This document shows, piece by piece, positions 48,861-60,679 of a DNA stretch of 64,000 bases. Location: contig NC_058377.1 of NCBI RefSeq assembly GCF_018350175.1, positions 61,938,001 to 62,002,000 on the forward strand, in the 5' to 3' direction. The notes under the pieces were generated by a model, which was not told where the DNA came from, searched no databases, and was given only the letters and a program-made list of their open reading frames with translations. This stretch comes from Felis catus. Taxonomy: Eukaryota. Made by a program: the position numbers and the translations under genes. Numbering within the stretch: position 1 is the stretch's first letter; the number at the start of each line of letters is the position of its first letter.

Positions 48861-51248
48861 TGTGGGCCATATGCTTGCTCCCCTAAGATGCTGGCTTCAT
48901 CTGATCAAAAGGTCTACCTCACAAGGTAACGCTCACCATCACGCTAATTACCTGCCGTGAACCTCACATTTTTCCTAGAAGAAAGAGAGAGTCAGTAACC
49001 CAGGAAGTTACTATCAAAGGCAGGGCCAGGATTCAGGACTTTGGACTCCCATAGTAATATTGAAAATGCATCCATCTGGGGGCTAGACTTACAGTACCAC
49101 AGAGCTACAGAAGACTGAGGTATTGGTAAGTAAATTTAAGTTCAGGAGTGGACAAATGTGTCCGACATAGTTTGCAGGCTAGTGTTCCCTCATCTCCCCC
49201 AACAAATTCATCAACAATTCTCCCCTTTCATGTCTGAGGTCTCAAGGAAGCTTCGAGGAGAAAGTTTACAGGGGTAGAGTGGAAAATAGAAGAGAAGGGG
49301 GGATGCAGGATCACCCAGCTGCTAACACCTTGGTACCGGGGGCCGGTCTAGCTACAGCCTGTACTCTGGACGGATACCCTATGGATACAGCACTGGGCAT
49401 GTCTTCCCCAGGGTTTCTCATTACTGACTGAAGTCCAAGCTTCACACACGATAGATAATAGACAGATGGAGGATTCTACAGCCCTGGCAGCAAGCTCCAC
49501 TCCTTAAAGTTCTGTTTTTGGCCCTTTTATCATCCTGAAGCTAAAATGTAATAGTTCCCTAGATGGGGAAGGGGATTTGTAGAAGTCCATAGGCTTCTAT
49601 AAAACTGGAGGTAGCAGGGTCCAGTCCACAGGAAGACTATTAACATTATTGTCAAGATTTCCCACCTCACTCAGGTGTCTGACCATGGGACTCCACATGA
49701 TAAAAGAGGAGGCATGCTTCCAGAGGCTCGGGATACTGCCTTGCCCATCACTCACACTTCACCCCAGACTCTCACTCTTCCCTGGGACCAAATGTGCATC
49801 CCTGATCTCAGAAATTCAGACTAACATCCTGGTGCCACAGGGAAGTGAAGAATAGAGTGAAGTGTATCAGGACCGTTGGTGGGTCATGTGGTCCCAAAAG
49901 TATTTTATCCACAGTCCCTGATGGCCACAACCTTCAGGTCTGTTCATGGGGTGTCACAAAACAATGAAGTCACAGTGTGTAGCTCAGAGATGTCCCTCCT
50001 CTCTAGCCCCCAGGAAGCACGAGATTCAGCTGTTTTTCAGCCCAGGGTCAGTTGACCCCTGGAGCTGGCTCTAAATCTATAGTCGCTGGTTTCCCCAAAG
50101 TAACGCTTCTAATATGCTTCCTACCTCTCTTTCATCAGCTGTTATCCTGCTGCATGGCTACATATGAGCCCTGGTCTTCTGGTCACGCTTCATGTGCCTA
50201 CACTATGAATCTCCTCACTGACAGATGACAGTTTACAAAGAGAATGAGTGGATTAGGAAAGTATTGGTGACTTTCACTAAGACACAAGGACCCCAGAATT
50301 GAGAGTAGGAATGGGGCCCAGGGAAGGATGCTGAGCTCTTTCTGACCATGCCAGCCAGAGGTTCCTCTGTGACACCCAGGGGTAGGCTGGTAAACTAAGG
50401 AAAGTACAAATGGACTAAGATATTAAGGAACCACGAACATGGAAGTAAGAGCCACAGCAAAGGACATGGTCAAATTCCCTGAATGGTGAATGGAGAATCA
50501 ATCAGTGTAGCATACTCACAGGAATCACCACTCAAAAACAAAAAAGGGATAAAAAAATAGAGTAAATAAAGCAGCTATATGGGTCTGCATAGAAGACTCC
50601 ATACAAAAAAAAATAATGGGAAGAGGAGAAATGACTCACTGCGGTAAGTGTCTGATTGCAGAGGATGGGGAAACGTGGGCATTGAAAGAGGAGGAGTTTC
50701 AAGAAATTCAGAGACGAAAGGAGAGAGAAGTTCAGTGTCTGATAAGGCAGCAGAGTCAAGTCTTTTATGACATAAAGGGAAGAAACCTGCCTGGGGTGGG
50801 GGTGGGGGGCGGGGGGGTTCACCTCCTAAAGCAGGATTCTGGCACAGACAGGCAGGAAAGAGCCAGAGCTGAGAGGGAGGTTGAACAGGTTTTCTGTAAT
50901 ACGGAGACACTGGACCCGAAGATGAAAAGAGAGAGCGGCTTCCCGCGGTGGAGTGGGGGGGGGGGGGGGGAGGGGGCAGAGCCGGGATTCATTCAGAGTC
51001 GCTCTGGCGTTGGACCAGAGGTGGCTTGTGACGATGATGGTAATGTTGATAGGGAACTAGGTTGCTGGAAACACTCAGGATTTCCCCACCTCACGTTCAA
51101 ATTTAGAAAAAGCTCTGAGATTAGGGGTATGAGAGTAGGTGCAGCCCAGACCCAAGACCCGATAACATGATCAATCTCTCCCCCAAACAATATTTTCTTT
51201 GCCTACATACCCCCAAATTGACATCACACATAAGATCCAAGCAATGTT

Positions 51249-51254
51249 TTTAAT
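51249..51254 (-). terminator. Candidate polyA signal (ATTAAA) of the ubiquilin gene
   Basis: TTTAAT on +, ~80 nt downstream of the stop codon. Confidence 0.5.
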
Positions 51255-51332
51255 GTAGAACAGGCTTGGGCAGTGAGGGAGGGGAGTTGTTCAAGTGTGC
51301 ACACGATCTAAGTAGGAAGGATTCAAAATAGG

Positions 51333-52952
51333 CTACTTCCTCTCCCCTCCCTTCCCCCTTCCCTTCCCTCCCTCTCCATGAGGTGGTGCACTGGGGGCGT
51401 CAGCTGGAGGCACCTGGGCTTCCGGTACCCCCAGCATCCTGTCAATGGCAGTATGACTATCTCCGCCTGTGGTCATAAGAGCCTGTAGATTGGCATCCCG
51501 ATTAGTAAAACCCATGGCCCTCTGATGTTCCAGTTCTCGCTGGTAGAGGCCTTCAGTGAGGGGGGATGAAGGTAGTGAGGATTGAGTGGACTGGAAGCAG
51601 GCATTGTCCAGTGCGTGGAGAAGCTGAAGAACAGCCAAGGTGGGTTGTATGGAGTCTGCTCTCTGGCCCTGCCCTCCAGCCCTAGCTTCAGGGCACTGTC
51701 TAGTCCCATGTGGCCTACCCTGGCCCCATAAGTAAGGTCCCAGCCCAGCCACCTCCTTGGACAGTATCTGCAGGCCCTTTCCTATCTGTATCAATGCCTG
51801 CAGTGCTCGTGGATTGGTCAGGATGGAAAGCAGTGGCATGTGATGTCTCAGGGGGCTTCCAGTTGCCAACTGGTGGAGAAGAGCTGGATTCTGCTGCAGG
51901 ACATGCAAGGTCCTATGCGAGGCAGAGGGTGAGGGTCTAAGCTGACCGGTTAAAGTGGTTTTCCCTGTGGGCTGCTGACCATCCTGAAAGAGAAGATCCT
52001 GGCCCAAACTTACATCTGGCATACCAGTCCCGTATCCTGAATTGGCCTGATTTGAGGCCACGCTCCTGGCCTGGGTAACCTCTTCTGCACTGACCTTTTG
52101 TGCAAATGGCCTGGCAGGTGCTGAGGCTGTGGGGATGTTGGTAGTAGTGTCAGTACTGCTGTGAGCATTGACCTCCTCTTTATAAAGCTCTGAACTTGGG
52201 TTGTGGCCTTTGGAGGCAAGTAATGGGGCCAGAGTGAAGAGCATGAGCTGCTGGATATCAGAGCAGACTGGATGCATAGCATTGTCACCACCTGGCACTG
52301 CCTTCAAGGCCTCTAGCCCCCACTTGTCTGCCTGCAGGAGCTGCTGTTGCCGGGCTGGGTTCTGCAAGGTTTCCAGAGCCTTAGGAGCTGGCTCAGATTT
52401 CTGTACTGGCCTTGAGGATTCAAGAGTATGGCTGGCATTGGCTGCTTTCTCATTTGCCAGGCCTTGGACCATAGGGTCTTCCGAGAAGACCATTAAGAGT
52501 TGAGCCATCTGGCCAAGAAAGTCAGCCAGATCAGGGGACCTCCGGGCCAGCCGGCCCAGCCTGGCCAGCATCCCAGCACTGTCCGAGGTGGACGGTCCAA
52601 AGCGATGCACACAGTGGCCGGTGGGGCCTAGCAGAGTTCCGGGACCAGGCGGAGTTCCTTTCAGATGGGTCCTCACCACCAAGTGGACCGTAGTGCCATC
52701 AAGGATGCCACGCTGGCTCAGTATGTCTTGATCCCGGAGGATCTTTCCAGTGAAAATGAGCACCAACTGGTCAGTGTTATAGTGAAGGCGTTTAGAGATC
52801 TGTTTCTTAAAGTGGTGGACACTGCTATTTTCTGCCAGCATAAATTCCTGGCAGTCCTGTGGGGTCTTGACAGACACTCTGATGATGCGTGATGACGGCT
52901 CCCTACGAGATACCAGCCGGCTGTCCCCTGCTTCTTCCCTAGCCCGGGCCAT
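51333..52952 (-). CDS. UBQLN5: Ubiquilin family protein (UBL + UBA), most likely UBQLN5, 539 aa
   Basis: N-terminal UBL (IIRVSVKTP...LVLIFTGKILRDQDILSQRGILDGTTVHLVVR) and C-terminal UBA (ELEHQRAMGFTNRDANLQALMTTGGD). The coding region is a single ORF. It differs from recalled UBQLN3/UBQLNL N-termini, and its position between OR52D1 and the expected UBQLN3 fits Ubqln5. Ubiquilin call is firm; the paralog name is by inference. Confidence 0.8.
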   Translation of the reverse strand: MARAREEAGDSRLVSRREPSSRIIRVSVKTPQDCQEFMLAENSSVHHFKKQISKRLHYNTDQLVLIFTGKILRDQDILSQRGILDGTTVHLVVRTHLKGTPPGPGTLLGPTGHCVHRFGPSTSDSAGMLARLGRLARRSPDLADFLGQMAQLLMVFSEDPMVQGLANEKAANASHTLESSRPVQKSEPAPKALETLQNPARQQQLLQADKWGLEALKAVPGGDNAMHPVCSDIQQLMLFTLAPLLASKGHNPSSELYKEEVNAHSSTDTTTNIPTASAPARPFAQKVSAEEVTQARSVASNQANSGYGTGMPDVSLGQDLLFQDGQQPTGKTTLTGQLRPSPSASHRTLHVLQQNPALLHQLATGSPLRHHMPLLSILTNPRALQALIQIGKGLQILSKEVAGLGPYLWGQGRPHGTRQCPEARAGGQGQRADSIQPTLAVLQLLHALDNACFQSTQSSLPSSPLTEGLYQRELEHQRAMGFTNRDANLQALMTTGGDSHTAIDRMLGVPEAQVPPADAPSAPPHGEGGKGRGKGGERK

Positions 52953-52981
52953 ATGTCCTCAAGCGTGAAATGCAGGGCCAC

Positions 52982-53062
52982 CTGCGGACATGTAGAAGCC
53001 CAGATGCAGCACTAAGCACACCCGGATGCAGGGACCATAGGTGTTCAGGGACGTCCACTCAC
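52982..53062 (-). other. Predicted 81-nt 5'UTR intron of the ubiquilin gene
   Basis: On the - strand: donor GG|GTGAGT (53062-53057) and acceptor TTCTACATGTCCGCAG|G about 30 nt upstream of the ATG. Confidence 0.6.
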
Positions 53063-53159
53063 CCACGAACTCCGGACACCACCTCCTAATGCAGCCCTGC
53101 AGCCACCTGGCTCCCATAGGGTGTCAGCAGCCCTTCGCCAGGGCCAGCCTCAGGGAATA

Positions 53160-53179
53160 TGATGTCAGTGATGAGGTCA
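53160..53179. promoter_or_regulatory. Two CRE-like octamers upstream of the ubiquilin gene
   Basis: TGATGTCA (53160-53167) and TGAGGTCA (53172-53179), each a 7/8 match to TGACGTCA, ~100 nt upstream of the predicted first-exon donor. Confidence 0.5.
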
Positions 53180-54135
53180 CAGTTGAGAAGTAGACCAGAA
53201 TGGGGGAAGGGCAGAGGTCTCTTCTCCCTGTGTGAGGTTGGCTCTGTTTACAATTCGACTTAAATAGCAATAGAAAAAAATTAAATGTTTCTGTCTAGAA
53301 ACATGTTTTGCACCAGCCTATTTCACTGTTGAAAATCATACCTCTTGAGTTTTTGGTAAACGAATGTAACTGAGCAGAAAAGGCGCTGGCTTAAGAATCT
53401 GGCTCAGGAAGTGCTGATTCTAGTCACCTGTCATTCACTAAGTTACTGTACTGGGACCATGGCCCAGTCAAGGCCCTAAGTTCCCTTGTTTCTAAATGAA
53501 CAGAGTGAAGATAAGTATAACCAGTCCATTTGGCCTCATCCGAGGCTTGTAGGAAGCTTGTATCTCTGAGGCCTACCACGCTGAGTGACTTATTGACATG
53601 GTTCTAAGAAAAACAGCATCATGTTCCCCAAGAACTTGTGAACTCAGTTGTTCTTAGAGAGATCAAGTCGGATCTCAACTCTCGAGGATCAGAGCTGAGA
53701 CAAAAGAGATTATGAGAAAGTAATTCTACTCTAGGTCTTGATGACTTAATAATGATTAGATTTAAGATACATTTGAAAAGGAAATTGTCACTTGGGAGGG
53801 GACATATTTCAGCTGAAAAAGCAGAAAATGGTGACTCTCTAAGGCACTGTTTTGACCACTCCAGGCAGGTGAGACCCCAGGTAAAGTCGGTCAGATCTCT
53901 GAGGTAATTGTATTTAAACTGTGAAGATGTCAGGCTGTCAGTCTTTTGCCATTATATACTTGACCCCTTTTCTGATTCTGTGATTTCCAAGGACTATAAA
54001 TTTAGAACTTAGCTGTCTACAAGACCACCTTCAGAAGGTTCTGCTCGACGTGGGGAACATGAGCATCTAGATCTCTCTACAACTAAATTGTTTATGGGAC
54101 ACTGATATATGCTCTTAAACTTGGGATAATTGAAA

Positions 54136-54339
54136 ATTTTTAATGTTTATTTATTTATTTTTGAGAGAGAGAGAGAGAGAGTGAGTGGGACTGAGTGGGA
54201 GAGGGGCAGAGAGAGATGGGGAGAGGGAATCCCAAACTGTCAGTGTGGAGCCCAACGTGGGGCTCGAAACCACAAACTATGAGATCATGACCTGAGCCGA
54301 AGTCGGATGCTTAAACGACTGAAGCCATCCAGGGGCCCC
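54136..54339 (-). mobile_element. Can-SINE
   Basis: T tail, (GA)n tract, SINE body and head. Confidence 0.88.
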
Positions 54340-55064
54340 AAACGTGGACTAGTTTGAATCAGCATCTCCTGTATTAAACTAATAGCAGGACTCTGATAAG
54401 TTGCAATTTCTGAGTTTAAAAGAGCTCCTCAGTCCTGGGGAACTTCATACAGTGAGCCTCATGGCTGGCTGGTAGCAAGCAGTCTAGTGGGCCTTTCCTA
54501 GGAATGCCCAGACCTCAGAACAACTTCTATCGTATGAATATTATTAGCAAACAATTCCTTGTGGGAATTTTGTTTGAGTTTCACCCAGCAGAATTGATAG
54601 TCAAATTAACTTTCCTTGCTTTTCATTAACTAATAAATTAATCTGTAACAGGAATTAAAGACCATTCCAGGTAACAGTCCTCCAGAATTGCCTTCACATA
54701 TCTCATGTTTCCAGGGATTTTTCCTCCCATGTAGCCTGTGAGGTGAACCATTGCCTTGTCTCCTCTCTCACAGATTCTCTTGTCCGGTGGGTGCTCGGGA
54801 AGGAGACATCTCAGATCCTGACAATAGAACCTGTAAGAGAGGAGACAAGGGGACCATTCATACACTTGTGTCTCAATGAGGATGCCTTTCCCACATTGTC
54901 CACTGAGTTATTTAGCACGGGAATCTCACTTCATCCTTCCTGAGAATCTGACACCATTTGAATATTTTACAGTGTACCTATATTCATTTTATCATTAGAA
55001 AATAAAACAATCAACTTGCTATTTTATTTAATCAATTAAAACTTACTACCTAGGGGGAAAATGG

Positions 55065-55275
55065 GGAACATGGGCTCTCTAGAGTAAAGTAGCCCTCGTT
55101 TAAATCCCACTCCTACTACTTTTTAGAACCATCAATAAGTCATTTATCCTTTTTGGAAGCCAGAGTTTTATCGTCTATAAATGGGTAGTTTTTCACAGAT
55201 TTGTTTCAGAGATTCAAGGAGATAATGCATACAAAGTGCCATCCAAAGTAACTGGCACAGAGAAGACACTTGTCA
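55065..55275 (+). mobile_element. MIR
   Basis: Degenerate MIR core and tail. Confidence 0.55.
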
Positions 55276-57012
55276 AATTGAGTATGACTTCAATACCACA
55301 GTCACTGCCAAGCTTTGGCACATCCTGCGGTCAGGTCTGTAACTAGACTGGGAGACAAGGAGAATAGATTTGACCAAGTTAGAGTTGACCAAGTGCCCAG
55401 AGGCATATTCAGCTGCAGATGATGAAGACAACTCCAAATGGACTGGTGAGGGAAGTGTGGTCTCCTCTTAGGAGTCCAATCAGTTCAATAAAGCACTGAC
55501 TTTATGCACCTGCCTTAAAGTTTATTATATTAAGATCTAATTTCCAGAAAACATATTACATTCCCATATTCTTCACAGAGATTGGTTAAGGTTTTCCCAT
55601 CTCAATAATAGTTTTATTAGACATCAAACTCTATGAAAACTTATTATTAAATGCAGTTTCAGTGTTTTTGTCAGCAATTTGCTCCAGAAAAAACTAATGA
55701 GAGTTTAATTTTTTTTTTTAACCAAATATTGTCACCTGGGAGAAGATGGCTCCTGGGTGGCCATGCTAACTGGACATGGACTGCTGTAAAGATTCCCCTT
55801 AAATGAAAAATGCCTAATTCTGACCTGCTAGTGAGCTATTTTCCTTTCTGTACTCCACTGAGTTGGTTTGAGCCAAGTGTGATTTATGATAATCTTATAA
55901 ATTTAACTAAACTCCAGAAGAGATTACTCCCCTGGCGGGAGTAGCAAAGATTACCTCCGTATCACCTTTGCAATAAAATCCAAAGCCTTTGTCTAGCTAC
56001 AAAGCCTTCCTTGGTTGGACTCCTGCTTATCACCTTGACTTTCTGATGGTGATTTCTCCTTCCTTATGAAACCCGGCCACACTGGCCTCCCTCTTACGTC
56101 TGAAACAGGCCAAGTGCCTCCCCATACTTAAAGCCATTGCGATTGCCGTTCCCTAAACCTTTAATGCTTGTCCACCTAATCTTTACAGGTTCATCCTTCT
56201 TACCTTTCAAATCATCTCTTCACAAAGCCCTTTCCAACCATTCTGTATCTTATCAGTCTATTTTAATTATCTGCACAGAATTTATTATGTCATATTTCTT
56301 CTTTACTATTCATTTTATGTTTCCATTCCCCTTCACTAGAATATAAGCTCCATGAAACCAAGGACCTTATCTTATTTGCTACTGTAGCCCCATTGCCAGC
56401 AGGCCCTTAATAAAATACAGGTAGGAAGGAAGAAAGGAAAGGTGGAAGGGAAAGAGGAAGGGAAGGAGGCAGAAAGAGAAATTGAATTAAGGACACAGAC
56501 AATGATTTATCGTCATGGAAGTCTGTGATGTTTTGCTTACCTAAATAAAATCCAACAACAGAATGAATGTGGAGCAAACATATACAAGAATCCTTTGTTG
56601 TCGTGATAAATGGAATCATATAAAACAGTGAATGAATTCTTGACTCTCTCTCCGCAAACCTGTTTCTCCCATAGTCTTCCCTATCCCGGCTAGTTTGACA
56701 AACAAGACAGCTAATATCAGAACAGAATCTCAAGTTACTGCTCCCCCTGGCCTCTTCTCCCTTTTCAAAAGATCATCATTCATTTAGTTGTTCAGGCCCG
56801 AAACACAGGAATCACCCCTGAGTCCTTTCTTTTCACATTTAATTTATCAGCAAGTATTAGAGCCTTTTTCTTTGACATAAATCCTGACTCTGATCACCTC
56901 GACACTTCCAACACCGCCACAGCCTCCTAGCTGGTTTCCCTACTTCCTCTCTTGGCCCATTTGAGTCACTACTTCCCACAGTAGCAAATATAGGTCAATT
57001 AACCTCACCTCT

Positions 57013-57405
57013 GTCTGTTTTTAAAATGTTTATTTTTGAGAGAGTGAGAGAAAGACAGAGTGCAAGCGGGGGAAGGGCAGAGAGAGAGACACAGAATCCG
57101 GAGCAGGCTGCAGGCTCTGAGCTGTCAGCACACAGCCCGATGCAGGGCTTGAACTCACGATCTGTGAGATCATGACTTGAGCCAAAGTCTGACACTTAAC
57201 TGACTGAGCCACCCAGTTCCCCTTATTTATTTTTGAGAAAGAGAGAGCATGAGTGGGGGAGGAGGAGAGAGAGGGGGATAGAGGATCCTAAGTAGGCTCT
57301 ATGCTGACAGCAGAGAGCCTGATGTGGGACTTGAACTCACAAATCGTGAAATCATGACCTGAGCCAAAGTCAGACACTTAACCAACTGAGGCACCCAGGC
57401 GCCCC
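57013..57405 (-). mobile_element. Head-to-tail Can-SINE dimer (57013-57222 and 57223-57405)
   Basis: Two SINE bodies within one TSD pair, AACCTCACCTCT (57001-57012 and 57407-57418). Confidence 0.9.
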
Positions 57406-58319
57406 AAACCTCACCTCTTTATGCAAAACTACCAAAGCTTTTCTTATTCTATTTGGATTAATCTAAATGCCTTACCAAGATTAAAATGCTCTGACAATTT
57501 GGCCCCGGGCTGACCGCCTGACTCATCTCTTGAGCACCCTGCCCCGGTCACAGTGGCCTTCTTGTATTCCTGGAACATACCCAGCTCATGCCTGCTTTTT
57601 AACTGACATCCCATTTGTGTGGGAACTCTTGCTCCTAACTTTCACTTGCTCACTCACATTATTGATCATATCTCTGCTTAAATGCTGTCTTTGGTGATGT
57701 TCTTGGTGATTACAAGCTCAAAAAGTCCACCTGTCAATCTCGGTCTCCTTGTTCTGTATTTCTTAGCCTCTTCTTTTGCTTGAAATTACATTACACAGTT
57801 AGTCGATGTCTGCCTCCTCTCTGTTGGCTCCATGAAGGCAGGGCTTTGTGATCTAGAACACCTAACATCTCCAGCACCCAGCACAGAACCTGACAGAGAT
57901 AGAATGTTCAGTTAGTGTTAGCTGAATAAATGAATCTCTAATTCCTCCTTTTCTTTAATCTTGCACATCCAGTCTTATCAGCACATCAAAAGGGTTTCTT
58001 CAATTCCATTTCCAAAATTCTTCAGTTGTCCACTTCTTGCCATATGCCCTTGTAGAGAACCTTAATCTAAGGGCAACACCATCCCTCACCTGGATGATGG
58101 CAGGATCTTCCCTCTTGACTTGGTTTCCACCCCTGCCACCTTCTCATTCATGCTCCACAGAGAGGACAATGAAATCCACACTCCATGTGGGGTAACAAAG
58201 CCCTGTGCCATCCTGCTCACTGTCTCTCCCACCTCACTTTGAAGTGCTCTCCCTCCTTTTCTCAGTACTCCAGACACACTGGCTTTCATTCCTTTTTCTT
58301 CAAACGTGTTGAATTCTAT

Positions 58320-58355
58320 TTTTTTTTAATGTGTTTAACTTGGGGGTGGGGGAGG

Positions 58356-58404
<49 letters not shown>

Positions 58405-58563
58405 TGGGGTAGGGGCAGAGAGAGAGGGAGAGACAGAGAGAGTCCGAAGCAGGTTCTGCACTGTCAGCTCAGGACCCCACATAGGGTTCACAAACCCTGA
58501 GATCCTTACGTAAGTGGAAATCAAGAGTCAGACGCTTAACTGACTGAGCCACCCAGGTGCCCT
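58320..58563 (-). mobile_element. Can-SINE with expanded (GA)n
   Basis: SINE head at 58563; long GA microsatellite at 58360-58399. Confidence 0.88.
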
Positions 58564-58794
58564 GAACTCTAATTTAACTCAGGGAGCTCCTTTACACTTT
58601 CCCCTCTACCTGGAACACTCTTCCCCCAGCTCTTTGAATGTCTGACTTCCTCTTACCCTTCAAGTCTCTACATAAATACTCCCTCCAGAGAGATACACTC
58701 ACACCACTCTTCTAAAAATATGTTTCTCCTCTCTCTAAATGCAATATATGCATGCATTACATGCAATAGAATAGAGACTAAGAGTGTGGCCTCT

Positions 58795-58993
58795 GGGGGC
58801 ATCTGGGTGGCTCAGTGGGTTGAGAATCTGACTTCATTTTCAGCTCAGGTCATGATCTCACGGTTCCATGGTTCCCTGGTTCTGGGGTTCGAGCCCCACA
58901 TTGGGTTTTGTTCTAACAGTGTGGAGCCTACTTTGGATACTCTGCCCCCCTCTCACTGCCCCCTTCCCAAAAATGAATAAACATTTAAAAAAA
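58795..58993 (+). mobile_element. Can-SINE inserted into a MIR (MIR ~58775-59220)
   Basis: Degenerate TSD around AGTGTG(G/A)CCTCT; MIR core continues after the SINE. Confidence 0.85.
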
Positions 58994-59544
58994 AAAGTGT
59001 GACCTCTACAAACGCCGTTTCAAATCCCAGCTCCTACTCCACTACTTACTAGCTGTGCAACCTTGGATTAGACACTTAACATTTCTATGTCTTTATTTAT
59101 CTGTAAAATTGGCTAATGATAGTACCTACATTTGGGGGATGTTGTAAGAATTAAATGTTAATATGCACAACGCTTATGGAACAATGCCTAGTTCTCAGTG
59201 AGTGTTCTGTTAGCTATTCTATTTCTTGTTTTTTTGAAGTGTCTTATCTCCACTATATTGTAAGCTTTTTAGGGTCTTGTTCACCATTGAATTCCTAGCA
59301 CCAAACACAGTTTCTGGCATTAATAAGCCTTCAGGAAATATTGGTTAAAGTATGAGTTGCAAAAGCTACTTGGCAACTCGGAAAAAATCTTCGTGATATA
59401 TTATCAAGTTAAAAAGACAGGTTATAAAACATTATGTATAATAGAATCACAGTTTTGTAAAATATGTGGAAGGACAAACATCATGGTAACAGCATCTCTG
59501 GTTTTTATATTCTTACTTTGCTTATCTGTATTATCTGATATATG

Positions 59545-60372
59545 CAGTTAACCCTTGAACAATGCCGAGGGTAGGGGCACTGATCCCATGCAANNNNNNN
59601 NNNNNNNNNNNNNNNNNNNNNNNNNNNNNNNNNNNNNNNNNNNNNNNNNNNNNNNNNNNNNNNNNNNNNNNNNNNNNNNNNNNNNNNNNNNNNNNNNNNN
59701 NNNNNNNNNNNNNNNNNNNNNNTTTGTGTATGAATTATATACTGTACTCTTACAATAAAGTAAGCTAAAGAAAAGAAAGTGTTAAGAAAATCAGAAGAGA
59801 AAACAGTATTGTATGCATATTTATTGGAAAATCTGTCTGTAAGTGGTTGGTCACGTAGGGCTAGGGCAGGGGAGGGAGCCATGGGCCTGGCCCGGAGACG
59901 GCAGTGTTCTGCAGTGGCCCCTGGGGTGACTGTGGACAGCAACAACAGCCTGGAGCTGTGCCGCCCACCTCTGGCCATCCGCACCTGCCGGTGCAAGTGA
60001 GTGCGCTGGCCTTTCTGCGGGGGGAGGGGGGGGGAGGGGACACGGGGTGCAGGACTCCCTGCACAGTGCCATCCCTGCCCTCTGGGCGTCTTCCTCCACT
60101 TCAGCCCAGCCTCATGCCCGTGAGGCACCTTGGGCACAAGGGGTGACCCGCAGCCCAGCCTGATCCTGGCCTTTGGGGACCACCCAAGGTACTCAGAGGG
60201 CAGCCTTTACGACCTCTGTGCCAGTTGCCTTGTACTGGGTCTCAAAGAGACCGGGGCAGGCAGTGGTGAATAAATGGCTCATGGCTTTTGCTCTCAACTC
60301 ATAACAAAACTTTAAATTCCACACAGAAGTAGACCCTCATGGTTTGTACCCGTGTTGTTCAAGGATCAACCG
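59545..60372 (+). mobile_element. Tigger2-derived DNA transposon (Tigger2a/MER8-like) with an internal GC-rich insert
   Basis: Terminal inverted repeats CAGTTAACCCTTGAACAA (59545) and TTGTTCAAGGATCAACCG followed by TA (ending 60372-60374); internal TTACAATAAAGTAAGCTA is typical of Tigger2. Confidence 0.8.
59850..60312 (+). other. Foreign GC-rich insert (retrocopy-like or transduced fragment of an unidentified gene)
   Basis: Abrupt GC/CpG-rich block with AATAAA at 60269-60274 and an A-rich end at ~60301, embedded between Tigger2 segments. Confidence 0.6.
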
Positions 60373-60679
60373 TACTTCTATGTTGTTTTTAAACTGAGAA
60401 AACAAGTTAAATTACATTTTAGAAAAGAGGCTTAACAGAACCGTAGAGGCTTTATAACTGTTTTTCAAGGATGCATTTAGTTGTTTGCATGGGAATCAGC
60501 AAAAAATCTGTGTAAAATAAGGATTCATAATGTAGCCAGTGGCAGCAGCTTCATCAGAATAATAGCCATCCTGGAAATACAATGGAAAAAATTTCACTCA
60601 AAATAATCAGAAAAATGTAACAGTTAAATAAACCCAAATGTGTGGGACTTACATAAAGAAACTGTAGTTCTTTTGTTAC

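Larger units (their letters stand above)
55960..58720 (+). mobile_element. Cluster of L2 3' fragments interrupted by SINEs
   Basis: L2 3' ends such as TAAGCTCCATGAAACCAAGGAC (~56345) and GCTCCATGAAGGCAGGG...GAATAAATGAAT (~57830-57935). Confidence 0.6.

Noticed and set aside
50950-50980. G-rich tracts with quadruplex potential (also ~31610-31650 and ~60018-60050)
   Set aside because: Common low-complexity or L1 3'UTR features with no supporting context.
50616-51170. 184-aa + strand ORF converging on the ubiquilin
   Set aside because: No recognisable domain and includes G-run low-complexity sequence; likely chance. TBLASTN conservation or Ribo-seq would be needed to revive it.
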